The translations under genes were made by a program, and so were the position numbers. The notes under the pieces were generated by a model. The model did no database searches. It was not told where the DNA came from and saw nothing but the letters and a program-made list of their open reading frames with translations. From contig NC_043014.1 in assembly GCF_006345805.1 (NCBI RefSeq), positions 34,100,001 through 34,164,000 on the forward strand: a stretch of DNA of 64,000 nt. The letters run 5' to 3'. The DNA comes from Octopus sinensis. Lineage: Eukaryota. Of the stretch, positions 37,772 to 51,548 are shown in pieces (within the stretch, counting starts at the first letter, position 1; each line of letters opens with the position of its first letter).

Positions 37772-38180
37772 CAGGCGTCGGAGTGGCCTTGTGGTAAGTA
37801 GCTTGCTTACGAATCACATGGTTCCGGGTTCAGTCCCATGGCGCGGTACTTTGGGCAAGTGTCTTCTACCATAGCCTCGGGCCGACCAAAGCCTTGTGAG
37901 TGGATTTGGTAGACGGAAACTGAAAGAAGCCCGTCGTATGTGTGTGTGTGTCTGTGTGTGTTTGTGTGTCTGTGTTTGTCTCCCCAACATCGCTTGACAA
38001 CCGATGCTGGTGTGCTTACATCCCCGTAACTTAGCGGTTCGGCAAAAGAGACCGATAGAAATAAGTACTAGGCTTACAAAGAATAAGTCCTGGGGGTGGG
38101 GGGTCGATTTGCTCGACTAAAGGCGGTGCTCCAGCATGGCCACAGTCAAAATGACTGAAACCAAGTAAAAGAGTAGAGTA
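37772..38180 (+). mobile_element. SINE family A, full length
   Basis: Matches 28-437. Confidence 0.9.
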
Positions 38181-39187
38181 AGACTGATAATTGCAAGTAC
38201 AGGGAATAAATGAAAACAGCTCAGCTAAGAATCGAACTTGTATTTGTACGACGCGTGCATCACCATCGACGGTGTGTATAGCAAGGTCAGACAATAAGCA
38301 TGTATGCTCGTGAGAGATATTTTTTTACAGACTCAATACTGTTATAGTGTCAGCCAACGACAATGTGTGGAGGCGTTATTACAGTAGTAACCTGATCGGT
38401 ACATAGAAAGCTAAAATAGTATGGTATTCCCCTTAGATATTCGATTCTTATACTCAGTCTCCATCTGTGTCAGTTATGTCAGCCTGCTTATAGACTTCAT
38501 GCAAGTGAGAATTCAACATGTTCCCACCAGTTTTTCTTCTTTTTTTTGTTTGTTTGTTTGTTTTTTGTTTTTCGAGTCATTTCGTTTTTATATTTATTTA
38601 TTTATTATTTTTTGTCTTCGTATATTGTTTCCATAATACATATCTCGTATCATCACTGCGCATGTTCAACCTTCTCAACTTTGATCAGACGATTAATCAC
38701 AGATAAATTTATTCATTGCCATTAATATGACCCAATCTCAGTATTACACATGAGAAAAAGCATGAATCATACTCTCCCCCTTATTCTAGCCACACCCCTA
38801 ACAATATATATATATATATATATACACACACATATGTATGTATATATGTATGTATACACGGTCCTTTGTGTCTGGCCAAGAGAAATCATAATAATGATGT
38901 GTTTTACTTCTTGTACACCACTAATACTCTTGGGAACGTTATGACTATCACAGTATCTCAGTTTCCTTCATCTAAAAAATATGACTTAATGATTTAGCAA
39001 CAGAAATCAATTTTGTAATCTCAGCTTTTCTTTTCTTACGCTGCTATCGCCCTTAAAACAACATGAATGTCTCGACTTCCCAACGAACGTAGCACACAAG
39101 GGTAAGCTGCAAACAAAATGAGGAAGCCTCTGCGTAATCTCTCGTAATCTGCTAGAAACAGTAATCGTACCTCCCTTAAATTATTAT

Positions 39188-39440
39188 CTTACTTACATAA
39201 GCCCTTCGCTCCCTATGGAGCAGAGGTTATCACTGTTCTGGATTCTAGGTTGTCTTTATCAAGGTCACTTTTGTTTTGTAGGGAGGGAGGGACCCTAATT
39301 TGTGTATCTAGGTGTTTTCCTGAGAAAAAGGTCTATCCCTCTTGAGTCTTGAATTTGAATTGTTATCGATGCTGCTATAACTTTACTTTTTTTTCTAGGT
39401 AAGGGTGTTGGCCCTATACAAACTCATTTTTACCTCAGGA
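39188..39440 (-). mobile_element. Probable RTE-type retroposon 3' end
   Basis: Minus strand CTGCTCCATAGGGAGCGAAGGGCTTATGTAAGTAAG, an RTE-like stem and short-repeat tail; may continue at 39885-40020. Confidence 0.4.
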
Positions 39441-39445
39441 AAGAG

Positions 39446-39883
39446 GTTAGTTAGTTAGTTAATTTTTTGGCTCAAAAAGCAAAAAGCAAGGCCATGTAGG
39501 GAGATATGGAGTTATGTACAGGGTGGTGTTCATGTAAAGAGTTCAGGCCACTTGTGGTCAAGGGAGACTTTGAACCGAGCGGTCGTCGGCATCTTCACCA
39601 TCTCGTCCGGCAGCTTATTCCACGGATCCGCAACCCGGACGGAGAAAGCCCCTCTCCTTCGATTGAGATGAAATCGTCGCAGATAGAGCTTTTCGGAATG
39701 ACCCCGCAGCCGACGCTCTGGAGCAGGAGTGAAGAACAGCTCTTTCGAGAGGTTACACTTTCTGCTTATGATGTTGTGGGCAAGAATGAGATCGCCACGG
39801 CGTCGTCGTTTTTCTAGAGAATAAAGGTCGAGCGTCTTCAGCCTTTCTTCGTAAGACAAATTCTTGAGACCAAGAACCCATTC
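39446..39883 (-). mobile_element. CR1/L2-group LINE 3' fragment
   Basis: ORF 39530-39859 SYEERLKTLDLYSLEKRRRRGDLI...LRGHSEKL...FSVRVADPWNKLP, the typical post-RT C terminus; (CTAA)n tail. Confidence 0.88.
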
Positions 39884-40787
39884 CTATTAATTTGGTTTTT
39901 ACCCTTTAATCCTTCTAGCATGTGGGGAGCCCTACAGCGAGATTGTTCTCCAATGGCATAGGTCTCAGGATCTTTGAGGCACGTAAGCCCCCACACCGCA
40001 ACAACTGGACCTTGTGATGGTAAATTACTCTCTACCGTCTATATAAAGAGAAGAACACATGGGATGAAGAAGTCCTAGCTACACTATGTCTGAATAAATG
40101 ATGAGACGGTTATGATTCAGAGTATCGTTGGTCATAGGTCTTCTTTTTGAGGGATGACCTTGCAACCAATGTGTTGTGTCTTATGCATACCTTTTCTGTT
40201 ACTATGACTGCAGTTGCCTTGACAGTGACAGAAGAGACAGAATAAATTGTATGACAACAAACGCAATGAAATCCAACAGATCCACTTGCCTCTCCTCTTG
40301 TCATCATCCTTACTCCTCTAACTTTGTACAAAACACTATTTAATCTTTATTTCCCTGGAGCTGTAACTTTCAATTCTATTCCACGTTTACCTTATAATTC
40401 TTGGTAGAAGCAAATGTGCGTTGTGGCATTTGTTCGTTTCTTATTGTTGACAGTCATTGAGACTACAAGTGACAATTTATTTTAATTTCTCATTCATTTT
40501 ATTTCTCTAATCAGATTATTAAAATCATTGTAATTTATGGCTGGTTTTTACACATACGTTTATCTTTATTCTCACACGTACTGTTCTGACTGTAACAGAC
40601 GAGAGTATTGGATACTGGCTAAGCTGGCGCGTGAATTATTAGTTCAATTCCCCTGCAAGCATTTCGTTGTGTTCTCAGAGAGACCACTCAGTCCTACATG
40701 TCTCCAATCATCGTCTAAGTTAAAAGATAATTTACCAGAACGGTTCTAGAATAGAGATTTTATCGTTCATCTTGTTAACGCTACATA

Positions 40788-42001
40788 CAAGGGTCGGCTG
40801 AAAAGTTCATAGGGTGACCAAGATACTCTGTGACCAACCGAGTTTTATTTTTCAACATGGTTACCCCGTACGGTCCATACACTTCTTCCATTGCTGTTGC
40901 AGTGCTTGGATCCCATTGGTGAAGAAGCGTTGGTCAAAAAAGTCATCATCATTGCGATACTGGTTCCCAGCCAAGTATTCTTTTTCATGTTGAGGAACAG
41001 GTGATTGTCAGATGGGGGCCAAATCAGAAGAATAAGGAGTCTGATCAACCAGTCCAAAGCCACAGTTACGTACAGCAGCCATTTAAACCAAGGGCTTGCG
41101 TGTTGGAGCATGAAACAAGACCTCTTTCGTCAGTTTTCCCGAGTGTTTGGTCTTGATAATTTTTTGCAACTGCCTCAGCAAGTTGGTATAGTACTCTCCA
41201 TTGATGGTGTGACCCTTTTGAAAATAGTCAATGCTTTTTTGCATTCCAAAGAAATCCCTGCCGATAAAACAATCTTGGCCTTCTTTGGAGCAGGTGAGGA
41301 GGGAGTTGTCTCTTTGTCTCTGGCACAAAGTGATGAACCCAGCACTCATCCTAGATTAGGAAACATTCAAGGAAACCAGCTGGGTGTGTCTCAAACAACG
41401 TCAGATTTTACCGTGATACGATCAACCTGGTACGCTTTTGATCAGGTGTCAGAAGACGTGACAGCCACTGAGCAGAAACCTTTTTTCATGCTAAATTCAT
41501 TGCGCAGGGTATTCTCAACTCTCTCACGAGATACGCTAATAGCATTGGCTATTTGATTTATAGTCAATCGCCTGTCATCCACCACCATGTAGTGAACATG
41601 ATCAATATTTTCCTCGGTGGTGGCGGTTTCAGGACGGCCAGACCTTAGATCGTCTTCAAGACTCTCCATTCTACTCCTAAATTCAGTTGCCCACTTTTTC
41701 ACTGTTGATATAAAGCTGGAGCTTCACCGCCTAAGGTCGCAGCCATGTCAGCATGAATGTTATTGGGAGTTAAACCCTTTTTCTACATGTACTTGATAGT
41801 ACGACGATGCCAAATTTTGTCCATTTTCAAGAGAAGTTGCTATTTGTTACTTTTGAAGTCTTCTTTGAAGAGTCAGATATCAGTTTGCCTGGAAAGAAAC
41901 AATGCTATTATTGTTAAGAAGAATTAAAATTAATGCTTGCATTTCATCGCTCTGACATCAATCCTTCATAGTCAGCCTATGAACTTTCCAGTTTACTCTC
42001 G
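40788..42001 (-). mobile_element. mariner transposon, full length, decayed
   Basis: TIRs CAAGGGTCGGCTGAAAAGTTCATAGGGTGAC / GTCAGCCTATGAACTTTCCAGTTTACTCTCG with TA flanks; KWATEFRS..SLEDDLRSGRP and IDYFQKGHTINGEYY motifs across frameshifts. Confidence 0.92.
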
Positions 42002-42545
42002 TATGAGCACTGATCTTGTGGTGAGTTGGTGAAGCGATTAATTTAGTTTCACGGTTAACTTATACAAGTATCGTAAACATTGGAGTAAGCTCTCGGTATG
42101 CTGTTAAATCTTATGAAACTGGAGGTTGATTTCCGGTTAACATATTTTTCACTTCACTTACTTTCCTAGTTACAATGATATTCTAGGTTAGTCGTTCTTA
42201 ATCTCGAGACTGCTGAAATTCTCCTTATTGGCATATCCTCTCATACATCATAGGAAATACGAAATCCTCGATGGGGGATCCAACTACTGCTTAAGACTAA
42301 ATTACTTGTTTGTAATTAAAACATGTTCTGCCAGTCATAAATAGAAAGAGCTTGTAGTGTAAGTACATGATTTAGGTTTCTGTGGGGTTATCACAATATC
42401 TATGAAAGACAGTTTTTTCCCTATGACCATTTCTGAATGGGGGATTATGAGAACTAAAACCTTCAGACTATAAGTAGAGGTTTGCAAGGTTTGTTTGATG
42501 TCAGGCTTGACACAGAGAGAGAGAGAGTGTGTATGTGTGTGTGTA

Positions 42546-42629
<84 letters not shown>

Positions 42630-42636
42630 CCTGTGA

Positions 42637-42745
42637 AGCTTCTTTGCATTCCAAAAAATTCCCTGCCGATAAAACAATCTTGGCTTTCTTTGGAGCAGGC
42701 GAGGAAGGGGTTGTCTCTTTGTCTCCAGCACAAAGTGATGAAACC
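42637..42745 (-). mobile_element. mariner internal fragment
   Basis: Matches 41235-41340. Confidence 0.8.
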
Positions 42746-43420
42746 CCTCTCTTCGCTGATTAAAGGCTAAAAATAAAACAAAAAAAGCTTGTTTTGTAGT
42801 ACATATGCTACTACATTTTCTTAAATTTATACTACTTAAAAATCCTATTGAATATCATATTAAATTAATTCGCTTCAGAAATTAAACTGACGTACAAGCC
42901 TTCCTCGTAAGTTTTAGCGGATATATGCTTATAAGCACCTCTATACTTTTTTCAAGGAATTTTCTTCTGGTTTCTGTTTCATTTGTAGTAATTTATGATT
43001 CTACTAATAAATAAATAATAAATAAATAAACTTGGTTGTAGGGTGAGGATTTAGAGCTGGAATTTATTGTTAGGATAGAAACAAATAAAAGAGTAAGTAA
43101 AAAGTTATACTCGGAACGTTTATAGCACAACCCTGTCTATATTTTTTAATTTGAACAACGAAATTTTTATTTTACGGCACTTTGTAACACGATGCGCAGC
43201 ATTTGAAAAATTCGTACTACATTTTTTTATGAAATTTATTTGATAACCCTGCAATAATTCACTAGAATTTCCTAGGTATTCGTCAAGTGGATATCTTTAT
43301 TTTCCTTCTGTCATTTGATATTTTCTTTGTTAGATAACGAAATTTAATGAATTCGTATGGTTGTATAAATTTTCGATGCTTATAAATCCGGGCAACACTG
43401 TATATTATAGCAACGAGTTG

Positions 43421-43451
<31 letters not shown>

Positions 43452-44018
43452 TGTGTGTGTGTGCGTGCGTGCGTGTGTGTGTGTGTGTGTGTGTACATAC
43501 ACGTGTGCATATTTATGTCTGTGTATCTCTGTGTGTGTATGCGCGCACGTGTGTGTGTGTGTGTGTGTGTGTAGAATAATTATTATTCCTACATGGATTC
43601 CAGCTTGACGGAATCACACAAAAGATATGTATTTCTAGGAATGCATCTTTATTACAAAAACTCAGGTATGATACGCACCCCCAAAGTTCAACTGATGAAC
43701 CAATCGGTTTCTCCAGCTTTCTGTTTGAAAGTCGTCTCACATAATTTTCACGGCTGGTGAACTGACGTAACGGATTCATAGAACCACGGGAGTAACTTTT
43801 GGATAAACAGACGAAGTACAAACTATTCAACATAAACAACACAACACAATGCATGAATCTACCTTTCAGTTATGGTGTAGATTACAGGTAGATTCATCTA
43901 TTACATGAAATCATCACGAATGAAACTCCCTCTACAAATCACTCATGTGCCCACAATTTGCATACACAATACTGTATCCAATATTCGAATACTTGTCCAA
44001 CATATTGTACATTACAGG

Positions 44019-44640
44019 AGGCGGCGAGCTGGCAGAAACGTTAGCACGCCGGGCGAAATGCGTAGCCGTATTTCGTCTGCCGCTACGTTCTGAGTTCAAA
44101 TTCCGCCGAGGTCGACTTTGCCTTTCATCCTTTCGGGGTCAGTAAATTAAGTACCAGTTACGCACTAGGGTCGATATAATCGACTTAACCCGTTTGTCTG
44201 TCCTTGTTTGTCCCCTCTGTGTTTAGCCCCTTGTGAGTAGTAAAGAAATAAAAATAGGCATTTCATCTGCCGTTACGTACTGAGTTCAAATTTCGCCGAG
44301 GTCGACTTTGTCTTTCATCCTTTCGGGGTCGATAAATTAAGTACCAGTTATGTACTGTGGTCGATGTAATCGACTTAATCCTTTGGTTTGTCCTTGTTTG
44401 TCCCCTCCATGTTTGGCCCCATGTGGGCAATAAAGAAATTGAATTGTTAGCACGCCGGTCAAAATGCCTAGCGGCATTTCGTCCGTCTTTACGTACTGAG
44501 TTCAAATTCCGCCGAGTTCAACTTTCATCCTTTCGAGGGTCGATGAAATAAGTACCAATTGATCACTAGGATAGATGTAATCGACTTATCCGCACTACCA
44601 TCCCGATATTGCTGGCCTTGCGTCAAAATTTGAAACCAAT
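44019..44640 (+). mobile_element. SINE family B, three tandem bodies
   Basis: Same layout as 3250-3870. Confidence 0.88.
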
Positions 44641-45039
44641 ATATTGTACATTACACAAAAAGGCAATAAAGGCTGAAAACAAAGAAAAAGGGTTTTCGGT
44701 CTCCTTTGTTTGGGTTTTTGACCTCTTCTATTTCATTTGGACGATCATAGAAATCTCAACACGTGACAAACCATCCAGTTATGGGTTAGGCACAGATACA
44801 AGTCTATTCTTGCCAGATGCGCCAGTGTGAGTGAATACATACATATTGGATATAGACTATCCTGCAGACACCAAACCATTCTCACCAGATACACCTACGA
44901 GTTTATCACATGCATACATTGACTCACCAACTGACACGATCTCGTCTTCACCAGGTACACCAACGGGTTCAGAGGGGAAATCTTTTGTTTAATTTGACCT
45001 AGATTGGTTACGAGAAATATAAACCGCGATAACAAATAA

Positions 45040-45275
45040 ATTTATTTCTTTACTACCCACAAGGGGCTAAACACAGAGAGGACAAACAAGGACAAACAAA
45101 CGGATTAAGTCGATTATATCGACACCGGTGCGTAACTGGCACTTAATTTATCGACCCCGAAAGGATGAAAGACAAAGTCGACCTCGGCGGAATTTGAACT
45201 CAGAACGTAACGGCAGATGAAATACGGCTACGCATTTCGCCCGGCGTGCTAACGATTCTGCCAGCTCGCCGCCTT
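45040..45275 (-). mobile_element. SINE family B monomer
   Basis: Flanked by direct repeat CGCGATAACAAATA (45025, 45280). Confidence 0.9.
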
Positions 45276-47195
45276 AAAACGCGATAACAAATACATTTCT
45301 CCTCTTTGGTTACTCGGCGTCTACCAAAAGCACATCTATCTTTCTTCCTTCTTCTTTCTGTCCGGTGCCGATGGAGAAGAAAGCGCCTTTATGCGTGGAA
45401 TTATAAGCTACTTATACTCTCTACTTACCTCGACTTTATTGCTCTGTCTCCCTTTAGTAGTCACACACAAATTAGTTTACTAGCTACACAATGGATTCCA
45501 TATCAACAAATAACTTGTATACTAACTACAAGTTATTTTCCGTATTGTAACAACCATCATAACAATCATATAAGTGACTGTCTTAATCAATTTATATTGT
45601 TCTTCTTCAATCATTTATTCGATGCATATCGCAATACATAACAGTTATACTTGGTGACTATCATATATACGTTACACATTCATGCCTGATCTAAATCTAG
45701 AACTGCTAGTAATACATGAACAGTTATCGAATATATAGATGACGATATCTATTTTATACCATCCTCTTTCTAGTCCAGCAAGGAGAGATTTAACACTGTG
45801 AATATTAATACTGGGTACCTCATCGAACTTTGACCTGAAAGAAGCAAGTGTAATTTTCGACAGTATCCGTTTGCCAGTGACAGAGCAAACAGTCTGCTGC
45901 TTTAGCATGAGTTCGTCTTACACTTTCCGTTCGTTGATCTTAACAATTTCATTCCACAAATATTTAGCATCTCGCACACTACCAGTGCAGATTTCTTTCA
46001 TAATTGTATCTATTTCTACCGCTTGATTATTTCCTTTTCCTCATCAAGGTTGTTACTGTTCACCTATGTTACTATTCACCTGTTTTTAGGAGTTTCATGA
46101 TGCAGACTTTCTAACAAAAGAATTATATTGGTGATATTGGCACACGAACACATGAGGCATTTGAAAAGAGAACAAATTGTGATCTGGTTGTAGTTCGACA
46201 AACTTCGACTTTCGACAGATATATTTGAGTACTGATGCTAAAGAGTTGATTGTCTGGGATATCGTGACAGACGACATTTTGTTCTTCTTTTTACAGCTGA
46301 CAAGGAGCCCCAAGAACCTTTGTATTTGGGGGTTCCTGGTTACCAAACAATCACACTGCGAAATGGAATCATTTAGGTGGAAATTTATAATGCAATCGAC
46401 ATTTTATGAAGGTGAACCACATGACAATGGGAGCTAAATATAGACGAAAGGGTTGTATACTGCGCAACAAGAATTTGCAAAAAAATTGCGATTCCTTTCT
46501 GCTTTTAGGAAGCTCTCAGGGCATTCTTGTCTTCGCCTCACCGGCAGTTACGGTACACACTTAAGCAGAATATACAGCAGTGTCTCCGTCTTCTTGGGCA
46601 ACAAGTAAACTATGTCGGTATTTGCCCGTCGATAGTTTAGAGTGTTTTCGTAATTCTTTGAGCTGGTTCTCTGTCATTTCAAACGGGTTGTAGACTTCTG
46701 TGAACGTTCCGTTGCTTTATATACTTCATAATTGTTGCAGTTGCCTTTGAACCGCACTCTTCTTTCCCGCAACCGTTAGGTTACTGTTTTCATAATGTTC
46801 AGTCCAAATGTTAATAGGAAAATGAATGGATAATAAATATTTCGTTGAATAATGAATATGACATATAATATGATACTTCAAATTGATTTAAACGGAACAA
46901 AAGACCCTGGAAAAGAGAAACGCTAGTGCGAGAATCACATGGAATTGTGATTACATCATGGCCGGTGCTCGAGACCGTTGGCGAGAATATTCTCTTTTTC
47001 TTTTTGTTTTAGTAAGGATGGTCAATTCTATGATTGGTTACTAATAGTGATGCAAATATATTTTTAAAGGCCGCGTATCTTTTCGATATGCGCTGTAACC
47101 GAATCACAAAATTCAGCAACAAAATTGTCGAGTTTCAGCTCTTGTATAGCAATTAATCTAAAGTAAAACATTGCGGTTACGATCCCGATATAGTC

Positions 47196-47591
47196 TCTAT
47201 ATATATAAAGCTGAAGTTGTCTGTGTATGGCAGGTTTGGTAGCCTTCAACTAACACTATCTCCTCCGAGACCCTGCGGCGTAAGTTGACCAAAATTGAGA
47301 GTATGATAGAAGAAGGCTTGCTCTTCATTCTGTAGAAGATAAAATTCAAATCGGACCATGTTAAAACCAAAAATTATTTACATCAAAAAGGTGCTTTTTT
47401 ATCTATGTAAATCCCTATTTTTTACGATTTTTTGACTGCTGTGTCGCCATTTTCGGTGTATTTCAACCAGAAACATGTTCACTTAAAGAGGATAACAAGC
47501 TACATAATGCAAAATTTTTACTTTTCAAAAATTCCAATTCTAAAGGGTCGAAAAGAAAACAAACCCGAGCAACGCCGGGCTATACTGCTAG
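47196..47591 (+). mobile_element. Non-autonomous Helitron-type element
   Basis: 5' TCTATATATATAAAG; 3' hairpin CCCGAGCAACGCCGGG followed by CTAG then T. Confidence 0.7.
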
Positions 47592-48666
47592 TGTTATCAT
47601 AAAGTCCAAAGCAAAAGCAAACGCAATCGTTATCGTTGAAAAACATTTTTTAAAAAAACATTCAATTTGATATCTAATAGAAATGAAAAACTAATTCTGC
47701 TGCCGTCAGGACAATTTTTTTCTTTCATCGCTTTTTTCATCATGTCATGCAAGAACTGGCTCCAACATAACTGTTGTTAAGAGGGTTTTATTAAAGTGCC
47801 TTTATATGTTACATGTCACATTGTCACAAAGTAGTAACCAGAAACTTTCAGGTTTTTTTTAATGAATGAACAAATCTGATATTTTATCGAGAAAGTGATT
47901 ATAAAAACAAATTTCAAGCCAATTCCCACAGAAAGGAATTTCTACTTGATAAAAATATACAGTGCATGTCGAAATAATGTGTGCGTGCTCGCACGCGTGA
48001 GTATGTGTGCTTGAGTGTGGGGCAGAAACAGATTTATGGTTATGCAAAAACGTATGAAAATGAATATCATACAAAAATGTTAATGCATTCAGAAAATAAC
48101 AAAAGTCCACACGACTGAATTAGAAAAAATATCAACGAATTATAATTGTACGTAAAGTTCAGTTCGGAATGTCAGGATGAGACTCAGCTAATTATAACCT
48201 AGTAATATATACAGAAACGAAAATACCAGAAAATAATATTTAATAAGTATGTAGAAGATATGACTGTATGTTGTAAGAGTATATTTCTGCAACAGGGTTA
48301 TATCATCTGATGTGGATTCGCCCGATAAAGTAAATAAATTTTGCAAATGTGTGAGCAACGAGGGGTTTTTTATGACATCAAGGAGGCTCGGATGAAAGAT
48401 AGTGTTCCTCCTTTGAAGGGCACCTAGATTAAGAACGTGTTTCATGCAGCTAATTAGTTTTAAATGGTGATAAAAAACAATCATTTGACATGCAGAATAC
48501 CAGCTGTGATGAGCCTGCTTTGATGTACATTTGTCAGAGAATTGAAAATCCAATAAGTGGCGCGGTTTACGAAAGAAAACAGCTTTTCTCAGCTACCTTT
48601 TTCTTGTCAAATTTTCGACAAATTGAAAATTCATTACACCACATTCACACACACACACACACTCAC

Positions 48667-48711
<45 letters not shown>

Positions 48712-48719
48712 TGTGTGCG

Positions 48720-49020
48720 CATCGGGTTCAGTCCCACCTCGTGACACCTTGAGCAAGTGTTTTCTACTATAGTCTCGGGCCGACTAAAGCCTTGTGAATG
48801 ATTTGGTAGACGGAAACTAGAAGAAACCCGTCGTATATTCTGTGCGTGTGTGTGTGTGTGTGTGTGTTTGTCTCCCACCATCGCTGTTAGTTTGTTTACG
48901 TCCCCGTAACTTAGCGTTTCGGCAAAAGACACCGATAGAATAAGTACCATTCGATTAAAAACATTCTTCAAGGCGGTATCGCAACATAGCCGCAGTTTAA
49001 TGACTGAAACAAGAAAAAGA
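48720..49020 (+). mobile_element. SINE family A, diverged
   Basis: GGGTTCAGTCCCAC through GACTGAAACAAG. Confidence 0.8.
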
Positions 49021-49199
49021 TTATATATATATATATACATGGTGGAATTTTCTGCCGTACACATTAACGTGGACTTTTAGTGGCGACATAGTTAATTATA
49101 ATTAATGTTAAACATGAAAGGAGATAATTAGAAGAGTATATTCTAAAATTGAATATAATCTAATTAAAGATATTTAGATGGCTTTGGAGTGAATTAGAA

Positions 49200-50345
49200 A
49201 ATTATTAATGAATGATAAGCCCTAAAATGAAAGTCCAGGAGAAATGGTTTATCAAGAAATTTTGTAGGATGCTAGAACTTCAGTAAAAACTTCAGGACAT
49301 TTCCACAGGCTCCAAAACACTCTAAACTGGTGTCCAAATAATCTTTAGGGTCTGTTCTAGAGTACAATATGGTAGCCTTCTCTGCTTATATAATGAGCAA
49401 CTAGTAAGTTCATTGTTGTACAGTCTGCTTGTTTCTCTAATTCTCGACTTAACTGTGAAATCTGTCTTGTTAAGTAGTAATAGATATTTCGATAAAGACG
49501 TGAATGGATTTTTTTCTCTTTATCTCTAAAGAGGGCAACAGGATTAGAGCATCTTCGTTTGAATGTTTCTTTAGTCTTTCCTATGTTTCGGTTTTTCTTG
49601 TTCTTGACATAGGAAGTTACTTCCACTTCATATAGTATTGCTTTGGTGTCGCCAGCTAGTTAAATGGGTGTATATTTTTGTTCCTACTAGTGCACTCATC
49701 AACTATAGATGTCGTAAGTCTACTTGCTAAGATGCTTTTAATGCTAAGGATGCTACTATATGTCACTTTAAGCATTTTTTATTTAAGATTATCTTTTTAC
49801 AATGGTGACTTAGAAAATGCTTATCTACCAGTTCAAAGAATCTTTTGCTTACCTTAGCTCTTACGTCTAAAACAAAGAATGGTAAATTAGATAACATTGT
49901 GGAATCTATTTAGATATATGCGGGACGTGAACATCTGCAATCATTTAATCATATCTTTTAAACCACGTTTGGTTAAGGTGCTATTATAACGGAGCACTGT
50001 TCTATCAACAAACTCTTTACAAAAGGGGAGGTTAGAGATTATTATTTTAATGTTATGGATTAAGTTTTTAAACTTCTGGGTCTCTGTTGGTACACCTCAG
50101 AGTTTTGGAGTGTTTGTTGAAGGCTTATAATGTATTAGTGTCTAAATCTAAGGTTACATCGAAGAAGCTAGTTGTTTTAGGAGTTGCTATTGACTGGGAT
50201 TCTTAATCCTATCTCGTCTAAAATGGTAATTAGATCTTTCCTAAACTTATCTAAGACGTGTTTGCTGACGTGAGTAGATACGGCTGAAGCACCATCACGA
50301 TAAAGACTAACATTGGGGCTAATGAATTTTTCTTTCGGGGTCTAG
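49200..50345 (-). pseudogene. Penelope-like retroelement remnant (RT C-terminal part + GIY-YIG endonuclease, Neptune-like)
   Basis: My translation: SLYRDGASAV..LDKFRKDLITIL..GLRI and SFFDVTLDLDTNT (RT); ORF 49357-49626 NIGKTKETFKRRCSNPVALFRD (GIY-YIG-like); stops and frameshifts. Confidence 0.75.
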
Positions 50346-50683
50346 AATGTGTTGGCTGACGAGATCGCATACGTCTGCGCTTACTTTGATATTGCCTATA
50401 ATTTTAAATTTCTTCATTCACTCAGCTTTTATCAAATAGCAACGTTTTCTTTATTTGACTGGTTTTATGTCTATGAAATATATATATACGTATGTATGTA
50501 TGTATGTATGTATGTATGCACGTATGTATGTACCTATGTATGTATGTATGCATGCATGCATGCATGTATGTATGCATGTATGTATGCATGCATACATGTA
50601 TTCGTATATGCATGTATGAATGCAAGGATGCGTGTATGTGTGCATCTATGTATGTATGTATGTATGTATGTATGTATGTACGT

Positions 50684-51270
50684 ACAAGGTGCATTCCAGA
50701 AGTTTTCGGATTTTTCAGGAGAAGAATTTTCTCATTTCAAAGCGATACAAAACTCTAATTTCCTTTAAAGTAGGATCCTCTGACTTCAATACACTTGTTG
50801 TAGTGGTCCAGCCACTTCGTGAAGGCCTATGCAAGTCCTTCAAACTGAAGATGTCCAAGAACCTTGAAACAGACTCCTTCATCTTCAAACGACAGTCCTT
50901 GAGGTTCCCCTTCAGCTTTAGCAACAACCAAAAGTTATAGGGAGCAAAGTTTGGTCTATAGGGTGAATGAGGGACAATTTTGATGCCCATCTCTGTCAAG
51001 TAGTTGGTTACCAAGATGCTTGTCACTGAACACCCTGGGAACAAACTTTGCACAAATTTAGCGTAAGTTCAGATCTTCATGAATAATTCTGTGACTGTTA
51101 CCACACCAACTCCAAAATGTACGCTTACTGCATTTGTAGACACACGATGGTCTTCATCCAGAAAATTGTGAATTTTCTCAACCAGCTCTTATGTTCTGAC
51201 GTCCCTCTCCCTTTCACACCTCTCATCGTCTCTCACCTCCACTCTACCATCCTTCAATTTCTTGTGCCAA
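50684..51270 (-). mobile_element. mariner 3' remnant
   Basis: VTNYLTEMGIKIVPHSPYRPNFAPYNFWLLLKLKGNLK in ORF 50715-51053; TA-CAAGGTGCATTC end. Confidence 0.8.
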
Positions 51271-51271
51271 T

Positions 51272-51548
51272 GAGAAAGCTAATTCATATCTCCAGAAAGC
51301 ACCTGCAACGGGTTCGACACTTAGCCACCCGAATGGACTCAGGCTTGTCTAAGCTTGCATATCAGGAACGTCTCCAACGGCTGGCACCTTCACTCGAACA
51401 ACGGAGGATGCGGGGAGATCTCATCCTGGCTTTCGACATCTTCAACGGCAATGTAAACCTACCATTTGCGGAGTTTTTCATCCCTGCGCCGAATAGAGGT
51501 CTTCGTGGGCATGATCGCAAACTCTATCCCCGACACTTTCGGCTCAAG
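51272..51548 (+). mobile_element. CR1/L2-group LINE fragment
   Basis: HLQRVRHLATRM..LAYQERLQRL..SLEQRRMRGDLI..LRGHDRKL in ORF 51117-51635. Confidence 0.82.

Noticed and set aside
43690-43720. CTGATGA-ACC-AATC-GGT hammerhead start
   Set aside because: No GAAA follows the hairpin, so the core is incomplete
43853-43897. 12-bp hairpin ATGAATCTACCT / AGGTAGATTCAT as pre-miRNA
   Set aside because: Stem too short and I recognise no miRNA sequence
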